From contig JAUWNJ010000011.1 in assembly GCA_030612725.1 (NCBI GenBank), positions 14,996 through 78,995 of the forward strand: DNA of 64,000 nt, written 5' to 3'. This document shows, in pieces, positions 1 through 9,700 of the stretch. Below the pieces are notes generated by a model. It worked only from the letters and a program-made list of their open reading frames with translations. It was not told where the DNA came from and ran no database searches. How positions within the stretch are numbered: the first letter of the stretch is position 1; every line of letters begins with the position of its first letter. The translations under genes were made by a program, and so were the position numbers. The stretch is from Planctomycetales bacterium (GTDB lineage Bacteria; Planctomycetota; Phycisphaerae; SM23-33).

Positions 1-136
1 TCGGGCCGATAAACTTCTCCCTCGGCAGGTCGGTCATCACCTCCAGTACGCGATCGTCGCTGATGCCGCGGGCGCGGAGCTGATGCTCAACCATCGCGCG
101 ACGCAGACCGGCAAAATTGCCTTCGCAGGTGTCCAT
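1..136 (-). CDS. pcm: protein-L-isoaspartate O-methyltransferase, N-terminal part (gene runs off the left edge)
   Basis: The reverse complement of 1-136 reads MDTCEGNFAGLRRAMVEHQLRARGISDDRVLEVMTDLPREKFIGP. This matches the usual PCMT N-terminus (GI.D..VL.AM..VPRE.F). ATG at 134-136. It is truncated, so it is absent from the ORF track. Confidence 0.6.
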   Translation of the reverse strand, partial: MDTCEGNFAGLRRAMVEHQLRARGISDDRVLEVMTDLPREKFIGP

Positions 137-190
137 TGATGAGGATATTATACACAACCGGACGACGACCAACAGGGAGACTTTTAGACA

Positions 191-1003
191 ATGGCGAAAC
201 AACGCATCGTAACGCTTTTGACCGACTTCGGATGGTCAGGCCCATACGCCGCCGAGATGAAAGGCGTGATATTGAACATCGCCGCCGGTGCGACGGTGGT
301 AGATATTACGCACGACATTCCGCCGGGCGACATCCTGGCAGGGGCGTTCGTATTGCGACAGGTTTTTCCGTACTTCCCAGCCGGGACGGTCCACTGCGTC
401 GTTGTCGATCCGACCGTCGGGACGGACCGGCGAATCATTGCCGCCAAATACGCCGCCCAGACGATAGTCTTTCCCGACAACGGCGTCATCAGCCTTATCG
501 AACGGGACCAGCCGCTCGAACAGATCGCCGTCGTGCGCAATCAAAAGTATTTCCTTACCTCGGCGGTCTCGCCGACTTTCCATGGCAGGGACATCATCGC
601 TCCAGTGTCGGCCCACCTGGCTGGGGGACTTCCGATGGATCGGTTAGGCCCGAAGCCGGACAAATTCAAACTGCTCGACATACCCGCGCCTTACGTGGAT
701 ACAGACGGTTCGCTCGTCGGGCGGATTATCTATGTGGACCATTTCGGAAACCTCATCAGCGATATATCAGCCGAGTTGCTGGAGGAAATCTGGGGCGGAG
801 AACCCGCCGACGTGGAAATCAGCCTCGCCGGCAGGGACGTCGGACCTTTGAATTTGTCCTACGCCTTCGCCGAACCCGGCGAGCCGCTGGCATTGATAAA
901 CTCAATGTCGCTGGTAGAGGTGGCTCTCAACGGCGGCAGAGCCTGCGATTCGCTCAATTCCGGTGTGGGCAGCGAAATTCGAGTTGCAAGACGGGGAAAC
1001 TGA
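191..1003 (+). CDS. SAM hydroxide adenosyltransferase / DUF62 (chlorinase-fluorinase fold) family protein
   Basis: 270 aa. Family hallmarks: N-terminal IVTLLTDFG, then VVDITHDI, then VHCVVVDPTVGTDRR. The alternative frame 136..1020 is Arg-rich nonsense. Confidence 0.8.
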   Translation: MAKQRIVTLLTDFGWSGPYAAEMKGVILNIAAGATVVDITHDIPPGDILAGAFVLRQVFPYFPAGTVHCVVVDPTVGTDRRIIAAKYAAQTIVFPDNGVISLIERDQPLEQIAVVRNQKYFLTSAVSPTFHGRDIIAPVSAHLAGGLPMDRLGPKPDKFKLLDIPAPYVDTDGSLVGRIIYVDHFGNLISDISAELLEEIWGGEPADVEISLAGRDVGPLNLSYAFAEPGEPLALINSMSLVEVALNGGRACDSLNSGVGSEIRVARRGN

Positions 1004-1190
1004 CCTGGCGATTAGCATAACATCCTTGATAATAAGAACTTACCGCCCAAGACGCCAATCCTTCCACAGGTTATCCACAAAAAAAAGATTTTTGTGCAAA
1101 AAAGTGAAAATCCCCAACGGGTTTCTGTAAGGGGTTTCTTTGTAAGGGATTATGAGAATCGGCAATCTGTAAAAAGTCTCACCGACGAGA

Positions 1191-1219
1191 TTGACAGTAT
1201 TGAACAGGCACGTTATAAT
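1191..1219 (+). promoter_or_regulatory. consensus sigma70-type promoter (TTGACA-N17-TATAAT)
   Basis: TTGACA at 1191-1196, an exact 17-nt spacer, and TATAAT at 1214-1219. Both hexamers are perfect matches. Confidence 0.6.
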
Positions 1220-1225
1220 TCCGCC

Positions 1226-1332
1226 CCTGGTTTAGGGAATGATTTCCGTTTCGAACGGATTCTTCGATACAACGGCTGTTTTGGCCGTGGCAAGCCTCCG
1301 GTCGCCCGTAAGGGTCGGCTGGAGGTTTTTTT
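1226..1332 (+). ncRNA. candidate ~105-nt small RNA or terminator-containing leader, unknown family
   Basis: It starts about 7 nt after the perfect -10. It contains three short hairpins (CCCT..AGGG, TCCGTT-TCG-AACGGA, ACGGC..GCCGT). It ends in a strong GC hairpin at 1295-1325 followed by T7 (1326-1332), an intrinsic terminator. No convincing ORF is present; the 1094..1402 ORF has no RBS or family signal. It lies 70 nt upstream of the HAD gene. Confidence 0.45.
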
Positions 1333-1401
1333 ATCCATCATTGGTATGCTTGATGAGTTTCACTATAATCGCTCGAACTGTATTGTTCAGAGATTTGTGT
1401 A

Positions 1402-2142
1402 ATGGCGAAGATTCAGGGAATCCTGTTTGATCTTGGTGATACGCTGCTGGACTTTGGTCCGGTGGACACATTGAAACTCTTCGGAGAGGGTGCTCGGAAG
1501 GCCTATGCTTATCTTCAGCAACTGGACCAGCCGCTGCCGACTTTTGCGAATTTTCACCGGCGGCAACTGCGGGCTGTGCAGTGGCAATTGTTGAAAAGCC
1601 ACCTGGTCCGGCGGGAATTCAACTCCCTTGACGTGCTTGGCCGAACCAGCAGGGCGATGGGACATGACCTCTCGCTGGAGCAGGTCGAAGAACTGGCTTG
1701 GCTGTGGTACGAACCGCTAAGCCGATGCGTTACCGTCGAGGACGGTGCCGGCGAGATGCTGGAAGGTTTTCGCCGGGACGGATTGGCTCTGGCCGTGGTG
1801 AGCAATACCTTTGTGCCGGGCCAGGTGCTCGACCGTCACATGGACCAACTGGGGCTTCTGGAGTATTTCCCGACGAGGATATACAGTTGCGACGTTCATT
1901 ATCGCAAGCCTCATCCTAAGATATTCCAAATCAGCCTTGAGCGGGTGGGGATTTCGCCGGCGGAGGCGATTTTCGTCGGCGACAAACTCCGTCCCGATAT
2001 CTTCGGGTCGGTCCGGGCCGGTATGATCTCCGTCCTGAAGGACCCCAGCGGCGTCAATCGCAGCCGCCGAATCCGCCCTCATCACCGCATCACGTCATTG
2101 CGTCAACTACCCGAAATCGTTGCCGGCTACAGCTCGCGTTGA
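1402..2142 (+). CDS. HAD-superfamily hydrolase (subfamily IA-like)
   Basis: 246 aa. Motif I is ILFDLGDTLLD, motif II is VVSNT, and motifs III/IV are K...FVGD. Confidence 0.75.
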   Translation: MAKIQGILFDLGDTLLDFGPVDTLKLFGEGARKAYAYLQQLDQPLPTFANFHRRQLRAVQWQLLKSHLVRREFNSLDVLGRTSRAMGHDLSLEQVEELAWLWYEPLSRCVTVEDGAGEMLEGFRRDGLALAVVSNTFVPGQVLDRHMDQLGLLEYFPTRIYSCDVHYRKPHPKIFQISLERVGISPAEAIFVGDKLRPDIFGSVRAGMISVLKDPSGVNRSRRIRPHHRITSLRQLPEIVAGYSSR

Positions 2143-2255
2143 TTAGCCTTACTCTTCGGCTCCGTTCCAGCAGTAAGTGCAGACCTTTTCCTTCGGCATG
2201 CCTATGTCCTCGATGAGATTCTCCAGCGTCTGGTACTTCAGCGATGTGAGATTCA

Positions 2256-2350
2256 TTCGCTCGCGGCTTGTTTATAAGCGGTAGTGGCGTAAATGGGCGT
2301 CGCCCGCGCACCGGTGGTCGGGTCGGGCTCCTGTCCGGCGTGACGTTCTA
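2256..2350 (-). pseudogene. remnant of an O-acetylhomoserine/O-acetylserine sulfhydrylase (MetY-like) N-terminus
   Basis: The minus-strand frame reads ERHAGQEPDPTTGARATPIYATTAYKQ and then stops. This is the conserved HAGQ.PDP.TG...PIY.T..Y N-terminal motif of Cys/Met-metabolism PLP enzymes. It has no start codon and only about 30 codons, directly downstream of cysK. Confidence 0.35.
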
Positions 2351-2370
2351 TTCCTTTTAGATTGATGATG

Positions 2371-3327
2371 CTATTGGTTCGACGGAAAATCAAACAATGG
2401 CGAAGAAAGATACCTTTCGCCGAAATCCGGCAGGATGACCACGATGGTCTTACCTGCATTTTCCGTCCTGTCTGCTACGACGCTGGCGGCTTTTAACGCC
2501 GCACCGGAAGAGATGCCTACAAACAGTCCTTCTTCCTTTGCCGCTCGGCGAGCGAAGTCGATGGCCTCTTTCTGGCCAACCTTGATGACTTCATCTACCG
2601 CCTCCAGGTTCATAACCTTAGGCACGAAGCCCGCGCCGATTCCTTGAATCTTGTGTGGCCCCGGCGTCATCTCTTTGCCCGCCTGCGTCTGGGAGAGCAC
2701 GGGGCTTTCAGCCGGTTCGACGGCGACGGCCTGGAAATCGCCCTTGCGCTGCTTGAGCACCTCGGCGATGCCCGTAATCGTTCCGCCTGTCCCGACGCCG
2801 GCAATTACAATGTTTACCTGCCCGTCGGTGTCATTCCAGATTTCCTCTGCCGTCGTCTTGCGATGGATCTCCGGATTGGCCGGGTTGTTGAACTGCTGTG
2901 GCATGAAGGCGCCGGGGATTTCTTCGGTAAGCCCCTCGGCCTTTTCGATAGCGCCCGGCATGCCCTCATCAGCGGGTGTCAGCACGACTTCAGCGCCCAG
3001 GGCGAGCAGCACCTTCCGGCGCTCGATGCTCATCGACTCCGGCATGGTCAGGACGCATTTGTACCCGCGGGCTGCACAGACGAAAGCCAGGGCGATACCG
3101 GTATTTCCGCTGGTCGGCTCGATTATGGTCGTAGTGGACGTGATTTTACCCTCGCGTTCACCCGCTTCGATCATCGCCAGACCGATACGGTCCTTGACCG
3201 ACGCCATCGGATTGAAACCTTCTACCTTGGCCAGGACGGTCGCGTCTGAACGGATCAGTTTGTTAATCCTGACCAGTGGCGTATTCCCAATCGTCTGCGT
3301 TATGTCATTGTAGATACGCGCCATCAT
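2371..3327 (-). CDS. cysK: cysteine synthase A (O-acetylserine sulfhydrylase)
   Basis: 318 aa. [12 protein letters not shown], the PLP-lysine motif SVKDR, and [10 protein letters not shown]. Full-length collinear CysK pattern. Confidence 0.9.
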   Translation of the reverse strand: MMARIYNDITQTIGNTPLVRINKLIRSDATVLAKVEGFNPMASVKDRIGLAMIEAGEREGKITSTTTIIEPTSGNTGIALAFVCAARGYKCVLTMPESMSIERRKVLLALGAEVVLTPADEGMPGAIEKAEGLTEEIPGAFMPQQFNNPANPEIHRKTTAEEIWNDTDGQVNIVIAGVGTGGTITGIAEVLKQRKGDFQAVAVEPAESPVLSQTQAGKEMTPGPHKIQGIGAGFVPKVMNLEAVDEVIKVGQKEAIDFARRAAKEEGLFVGISSGAALKAASVVADRTENAGKTIVVILPDFGERYLSSPLFDFPSNQ

Positions 3328-3432
3328 CGAACTCCTTCATAATGCTCGAATAACCGCCGATGCAGGTCCGTAAATCGCACACCCAGAGGATCGACATCAG
3401 GAAATCTTTCGCTGAGACAATAGCCAATCTCA

Positions 3433-3849
3433 TCAGCGTTTTCCCACATTAGCGATGGCATCTGCTCTCCTGCCGCTCTTCTTGTGCCAGTCCTTGACCG
3501 CACTTTCGATACCTTCTTCTGCCAGGACCGAGCAGTGGATCTTAATCGGAGGCAGCGAAAGTTCCTTTGCGATTTCCATGTTCTTTATCTGAAGGGCTTG
3601 TTCGACTGTCCGCCCCTTAAGCCATTCAGTGGCCAGCGAAGCGGACGCGATCGCCGAGCCACAACCGAAGGTTTTGAACCTGGCGTCTGTGATGCGACCT
3701 TCGTCATCGACCTTAATCTGAAATTTCATCACGTCTCCGCATGCCGGAGAACCGACAACACCCGTTCCAACGTTCGGATCGTCTTCGTCCAACGTCCCGA
3801 CGTTTTTGGGGTTCATAAACAGTTCCATGAGTTTTTCGCTGTATTCCAT
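3433..3849 (-). CDS. iscU: Fe-S cluster assembly scaffold protein (IscU/NifU N-terminal type)
   Basis: 138 aa. The three ligand cysteines sit in GSPACGD, FGCGSAIAS and HCSVLAEE. Confidence 0.9.
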   Translation of the reverse strand: MEYSEKLMELFMNPKNVGTLDEDDPNVGTGVVGSPACGDVMKFQIKVDDEGRITDARFKTFGCGSAIASASLATEWLKGRTVEQALQIKNMEIAKELSLPPIKIHCSVLAEEGIESAVKDWHKKSGRRADAIANVGKR

Positions 3850-3866
3850 TGCAGTTCTCTCCTTCG

Positions 3867-5072
3867 CTATGTCCCCCGGACGCCGAAAACTTCCTGCAAC
3901 TCTTTAACAGGACTCATCTTACGACGTCTTCGGACCACCTCAACGACGCGTTCGGATGCATAATCAACCTCGTCAGTCGTATTGAAACGACCAAGACTGA
4001 AGCGGATCGAACTATGAGCCATCGCTTCCGGTACGCCCATCGCCATGAGCACGTGGCTGGATTCCAGGGATTCGCTCGAACAGGCAGAACCGGTGGACAC
4101 CGCCAATTCGTTCGCCAAACTAAGTACCACACTTTCGCCCTCAACGTAGGCGAAGCTGAGATTGACGGTATTAGGTAACCTCTCGGTTGGGTGCCCGTTA
4201 AGTGCGACATCGTTCAAGCCGTTCAATATCTCTTCCTGCAACCGGTCGCGCAGTGTGGCGATCCGTCCGGATTCCTTCAGCATTTCACTCCCTGCGATGT
4301 CGCAGGCGGTCCCCATGCCGACAATCCCCGGCACGTTCAGCGTTCCGCTTCGTTTGCCCCTCTCGTGCCCGCCGCCGTGCATCTGGATCGCCAAACGTAC
4401 TCGAGGCCCATGCCTGCGGACATACAGACCACCTATGCCCTTCGGGCCGTACATCTTGTGGGCCGAGATGCTCATAAGATCAATTCCCATCGTCTCCACA
4501 TTTACAGGCATCTTCCCTGCCGCCTGGGTGGCGTCGCTGTGAAAGATTACACCGTGATTCTTGGCCACCTTGCCGATTTCGGCAACCGGATGGAGCGCGC
4601 CGGTTTCGTTATTCGCCGCCATAAGGGAAATCAGGATTGTTCTGTCGGTTATGGCGCCTTCGACCTGCTCGGCCGTTACTCGCCCATATTCGTCGGGTTT
4701 CAGCCAGGTTATCCGGCAACCCTTCGTTTCGAGGTACTTGCACGTATCAATGACGGCCTTGTGCTCTGTCATGCAAGTGATGATGTGATTGCCTTTCTCG
4801 CGATACATCTCCGCAACGCCTTTGATGGCAAGGTTGTCGCTTTCCGTGGCTCCGGATGTAAAGATGATTTCCTCGGACTTCGCACCGATCAGGTCGGCAA
4901 CCTGACAACGGGCCTTCTCCACGGCCGCTTCAGCACGCCGACCAAAAACGTGAAACTTGCTGGCAGCGTTGCCGAAGTCGGCGCCGAGGTAGGGCATCAT
5001 CGCCTCCAGTACCCGTTTGTCCAGCGGCGTCGTTGCATTGTTGTCAAAGTAAATCGGCAAATTAACAGTCAT
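3867..5072 (-). CDS. iscS: cysteine desulfurase (NifS/IscS class I)
   Basis: 401 aa. The PLP lysine is in SAHKMYGPKGIGGLY and the catalytic loop is STGSACSS. It sits directly upstream of the scaffold gene. Confidence 0.9.
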   Translation of the reverse strand: MTVNLPIYFDNNATTPLDKRVLEAMMPYLGADFGNAASKFHVFGRRAEAAVEKARCQVADLIGAKSEEIIFTSGATESDNLAIKGVAEMYREKGNHIITCMTEHKAVIDTCKYLETKGCRITWLKPDEYGRVTAEQVEGAITDRTILISLMAANNETGALHPVAEIGKVAKNHGVIFHSDATQAAGKMPVNVETMGIDLMSISAHKMYGPKGIGGLYVRRHGPRVRLAIQMHGGGHERGKRSGTLNVPGIVGMGTACDIAGSEMLKESGRIATLRDRLQEEILNGLNDVALNGHPTERLPNTVNLSFAYVEGESVVLSLANELAVSTGSACSSESLESSHVLMAMGVPEAMAHSSIRFSLGRFNTTDEVDYASERVVEVVRRRRKMSPVKELQEVFGVRGT

Positions 5073-5133
5073 GCCCGTATCTCCTCATGCTTCGGTTAAA
5101 TGAAGGATTTCCAAAGAAACCTTCAGAAAAACC

Positions 5134-5162
5134 TTGACACAACAAGAATAATACACTAGTAT
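5134..5162 (+). promoter_or_regulatory. sigma70-type promoter for the Rrf2 regulator gene, in the divergent iscS/iscR intergenic region
   Basis: TTGACA at 5134-5139, a 17-nt spacer, and TAGTAT at 5157-5162, about 40 nt before the ATG at 5201. Confidence 0.5.
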
Positions 5163-5200
5163 CCCGATAGAGTCAATGTAATTTTGGAGATTTTCTGAAA

Positions 5201-5650
5201 ATGGGCATGTCACGGAAATGTCAATACGCATTACGAGCGGTTTTTGACTTGGCTAGGCGACACGGCGGCGGTCCGACTACCGTGGGCGAGATAGCCGAAT
5301 CCCAGGCAATCCCTCCGCGCTTCCTGGAATTGATTCTAGGCCAACTCCGCCAGGGTGGATTTGTCGAATCCCGGCGCGGTGTCCATGGCGGGTACCTTCT
5401 GGCCTTGGATCCCCAGGTGCTCACCGTGGGCGAGATAATCCAATTCATCGAAGGCCCGGTCGCACCGGTCCGATGTGTCGCTACCGACAGGGAGGCCGAC
5501 TGCCCGCTTTACGGGCACTGCGCCTTCATGGACATGTGGACTCGGGCAGGCAATGCTGCCACTGATGTCTATGACACCACTACGTTCCAGGACCTCATTG
5601 ATAAGGAACCAGCCTCCGCCGACCGCTCCGTCGGCAGTTACAGTATCTAG
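5201..5650 (+). CDS. iscR: Rrf2-family transcriptional regulator (IscR-like, Cys-liganded)
   Basis: 149 aa. N-terminal winged helix (SRKCQYALRAVFDLARR) and three clustered Cys (VRCVATDREADCPLYGHC). It is divergent from iscS-iscU-cysK. Confidence 0.7.
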   Translation: MGMSRKCQYALRAVFDLARRHGGGPTTVGEIAESQAIPPRFLELILGQLRQGGFVESRRGVHGGYLLALDPQVLTVGEIIQFIEGPVAPVRCVATDREADCPLYGHCAFMDMWTRAGNAATDVYDTTTFQDLIDKEPASADRSVGSYSI

Positions 5651-6037
5651 CCGCGTATTCACGGGAGCGGGGGCGACAGGGACAGTCTGTCCGTCCCTGG
5701 CAACCGTTATAGATTGATTAAGAGCATGTACCCCAAGACCTTTGCCTTTGACAGTCAACCGACACCTTACTCCCGTACTCACCTCAATACTTTGCTCGAC
5801 CAAGCAAAGTATGATCACAAACCGGGCAGTACTTTTCCATCTTCTCCTTCAAACGGAAGGAAGCGGCCTTTCGCAGGGATTCGTCATCTTCCCACGCCAC
5901 TTCAATCCGGACCTCCACGCCGGCGAACCGCAGGCCATCGGTCGTCTTGTTCATGATGCCCTTGGATGCACTCGAATAGGCCGTCCGGATGGCTTTCCTG
6001 AAGAATGACTCCCTCGGCAACCTGCCTTCGGCTGGCC

Positions 6038-6691
6038 TTACCGCTTGCGGCGGCGGAAGGCCAACAGGCCACCCATGCTCAATAGGGCAATGCTTGCCGG
6101 CTCGGGAACGACCGTCACGGTGAAACTCCCCGCACCGATGATCGCGTCAAGGGGGTTCGACGCGGTGATGTCGTCCCAGTAGAACGTGTTCTCGTCTGTG
6201 CCGGGCGTCAGTGTGTTCTCGTAGTCGGCCACGCTGAACGTGGTCATCTCGCCTATAACGCCGCCGCCCTGTATAGTGAATGTCGCCAGCAGCACCCGGT
6301 AGGTAGTGGCGTCAACCATCGTTGCCTGGACGCCATCGAACTCCAGCAAGTCGCGGTCGGCTATGACGACCATCGGCGGGACGTTGTTGACTACGCCGTT
6401 GAAATCCGGGTTGACCATCGACGCGGTGATTGCCGCCGGATCGCTCGGGGCCAAAGTGACATCGACGACCACGTCGAAGCTGAACAGACCGTTTTGCGCG
6501 ACCAGTTCGGACGACGAGCCGCCGGTCAGCGTCTCCTGAAGGTAGACATCAACCGACACCGTGCCGTCCGCCGCCACGTCATAGGCGGCCGGGTCGGTCA
6601 CGAAGCTATAGAGCACGTCGGCGCGGGCATAGCTGGCCGCCAATGTCATGGCGACTATTACAAGTAAGCATAGCAGCAGTTTAAGCCTCAT
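6038..6691 (-). CDS. PEP-CTERM sorting-domain secreted protein
   Basis: 217 aa. Signal peptide MRLKLLLCLLVIVAMTLAASYARA and C-terminal VPEPASIALLSMGGLLAFRRRKR (PEP motif, TM helix, basic tail). It lies 55 nt downstream of the giant gene on the same strand. Confidence 0.8.
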   Translation of the reverse strand: MRLKLLLCLLVIVAMTLAASYARADVLYSFVTDPAAYDVAADGTVSVDVYLQETLTGGSSSELVAQNGLFSFDVVVDVTLAPSDPAAITASMVNPDFNGVVNNVPPMVVIADRDLLEFDGVQATMVDATTYRVLLATFTIQGGGVIGEMTTFSVADYENTLTPGTDENTFYWDDITASNPLDAIIGAGSFTVTVVPEPASIALLSMGGLLAFRRRKR

Positions 6692-6746
6692 AGGTCTTTC
6701 CTCCGATGCACTGTCGAGCGTTCATGAATCGTACCACAATATCCTG

Positions 6747-9700
6747 TTATGTCAAGGTTTTTCTATAGTTATAGATCATCGGCATGACGTCGAAGATGTC
6801 CACGTCGCCGTCGCCGTCATAATCAAAGGCGATGTCGTAAGTCCGCAGTCCTGAGCGACTGCCATAGGTCCGAATCAGACCCATCACATCTGTGAAATCC
6901 ACGTCGAGGTCGCCGTTCCAGTCGCCGTAGAAGCGGTGGAACGAGAAGGTATCGTCCTCGCCGGTTAGCGAATTACCGCCCAAGTCGATCAGCAAATTGC
7001 GGCAGACGGTCAGCGAGTACAGGCCGTCGGCCAGAGAACCGCCCACGATGCCCGGTCCGTCGAACGTCAATACGAACGTCCGCCCGTCGCCGCTGGGGTT
7101 GGACACGCTCAGGTCCACCGTCAACCCGTCGCTTCGCGTCAGCACAAATGCCGCCGGGCTGGTCTGCACCGCCTGGTCGAACGTCACGGTCAGGCTGCTG
7201 ACCATAGATCGCTGGGCCGCGCCGTCATTGACCATTACGGATTCAATCTGTGGTTCGGCGACGCTTGTCGCTAAGGTCTGTGCCTGTGTGGTTGTTGGCT
7301 CGGGGAAGGCTGGTTCGTCGAGCCAGGTATTCAGACGACTGCGGATCTCACCCACATCAATGTCATCGACCAGCCCGTTGCCGTCGTAGTCGAATGCGCT
7401 GTTAAAGCCGGCTTGGCCGTCGCTTTTGTTCAGCGTACCGCGAATCTGGATGTAGTCGCTGCGATCCACATCGCGATCGCCGTCCACGTCGCCGAATAGG
7501 CGGAAGAATTCAAAAATGTTGTCTTCCGTCATTGGCAATTCACCCAGATTGGTCACCTTGGCGGAACGAGCACTCATTCTATACCACCCATCTGGTAGTG
7601 ACCCGCCAATCACTGCTGGATCGGTGAAGGTTATCAGGTAGGTTCTCTGATCGCCCGAGGGGTTCGTCGTGAGCGTCCCTACCGGCGTGCCGGCCTCACT
7701 GATCAGGCTGAGGGCGCCAGCATCCAGGAACACCGGCTGGTCAAAGAGCAATTTAATATCCCACACCATTGATCGCTGGATTGATCCGTCGTTTACGGTT
7801 ACCGACTCCACCGTTGGCGGTATGCCGGCGTCCCAAACATCGATTTTGTCCTCCGCGATGAATGACTCTTGCTCAATGTTGCCCGCGTTGTCCGAAGCGA
7901 TTGTGCAGAACGAATAGGTATGACCGCTTTCCCCGATGAACGGCGCTGCGGAGAATGTCGCTTGTTGCTGCCACATTTCCCAAGACCCTCCGTTGTCAGA
8001 TACGTACACATCGACGGCCGCCAACCCTGAACCGCCGGGCGCATCTGCCGCGGACCACGAGGCCGTGAATGCGGTTGTGATTGCCACGTCGTCAACGAGT
8101 TCGACTGAGGCGCTCGGCTTATCGGCATCAAGCGTGTGGGATATCTCCGGCGTGTCAATCGGCGGCTGGGTGTCGAACGTGATGGTCGCCTTGGCGTCGA
8201 TGACGGTTCCGGTGACGACGTCGTCCTTCGGACGAATCGAGTAGGTAAAGAAGCCTTGCCCGCAGCCTGTCCCATCTTCCGGCAGAAGCAGGCCAAGCGC
8301 CGGGTCCATTGTCATTTGCCCCGTCGTCGGGTCGATCGCCGTCAGCGAGAAGGTAACCTGTCCGGTGTGGATGTCCAACGCAACGTAGGCATCCACGTAA
8401 ACACCGATCGCATCCGTTGCGTCAATGCGCCCGCTGTAGAAGGTGCGGTCGGCCTCAACGCTCACCCACGTTGCGCCAAAGCCGAAGTCGCCTACTCGGA
8501 AGCTGCGCCAATCGAGGTCCTCGTCAAGTTGCTGCGTGACGACAACCTGTCTGGCGGCAGCGGTGGCGGTGGCATAGTTCTCGAAACGGATGGTGTACTC
8601 CATTGTCGAATCGGCCGCCAGCCAGTTGAGCGGCCCGTAGCCCGCCGGGCCGAGAATGTCATTCGGATCCCACGGCTCAGTGACCCACACTTTCTTCTCG
8701 TCGCTGCCGCCAGGTTGTGGGCCGTCGCCTGGCGGGTAGTTCGGGTCCTCGGTTTCGAGCCACGTGGGCAGGTTCGGGCTGATGACAAGGGCGTAGTCGG
8801 GGTGGAAGTCGCCGCCGAAACCGTCCCCGTATCCGAAGGCCCCGTGACCGTAAACCTTGACGGTGATGGCGTAGGATTCGTTCGACTTCAGGCCCGACAG
8901 GCGTACCCGTGCCACGCTGCCGCCCTTGACGACATCCTTTTGAATCTCAATGTTCCCGTTGCCATCACGCTTTTCCACAACCAGGTCGAGGTCGCCGTAG
9001 GTCTTGTCAAAGTTGATTGAGATCGTGCTTGTGTAAGTTTTGGGTTCGCCCCAACTGATTGCCGGCAGCGAGAAAGTGAACGTATCGTGCTCGTTGGCGC
9101 CATCACAACTCATGATCAGACCGTCGATTCGCCTGGTTTCGGTCAGCATCCCCAGGCCGCCGCACGTGCCATAGGCATCATCCGTGACGGAAACGCCATG
9201 GTCGATGAAGATCACATCCAGGGCCCTCTTGGCTCCGGGCCACGCATTGTAGAGAGCCATCAGGCTGCTTGTTAGAGCCGGCGCGCCCTGCATGGCAATC
9301 CGCAACTGGTACAGCGCGCCAAGGTTTCTGTAGATATCCCAGAAGATGCTGGCGATGCCGCCGAGCACCAGGTCGCCCGTGCTGGCGTTGTCGTTGACGC
9401 CATCTTTATTGAAACTGGCGGACAGGTTGCTGCTGTTGAAGATTCGCTCCGACGGACTGGTCTGGTAACCGTAGGCGTCCGCCCCCATCCAGAAATCATT
9501 CGTATCCAGGAACTGTGACGAGCGATTGTAATCCACTCGCTCATGGGACCCCGTGCTGCCGGGGTTCTGCTCGTATTGCCAACCTTCGGTGACGGCCGAG
9601 GCGAAGAACACCGCCCACCCTTCGGCGAACGCGGTATTCGTGTACGTTCCCTCTTCCGATTTGCTCTCGGTGATGAGACCGTACGGTCCGGAAGTGAACG

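Noticed and set aside
136-1020. 294-aa ORF in an alternative frame of the DUF62 gene
   Set aside because: It is extremely Arg-rich. The 191..1003 frame has the family motifs.
1094-1402. 102-aa ORF covering the sRNA candidate region
   Set aside because: It has no RBS. It spans a consensus promoter and an intrinsic terminator, which argues that the region is transcribed as a short non-coding unit. No family resemblance was found.
5784-6020. 78-aa minus-strand ORF between the Rrf2 gene and the PEP-CTERM gene
   Set aside because: It has a TTG start, no recognisable family, and its C-terminal codons are formed by a 9-bp perfect palindrome (5787-5812) that looks more like an RNA hairpin. The evidence is insufficient to call a CDS.
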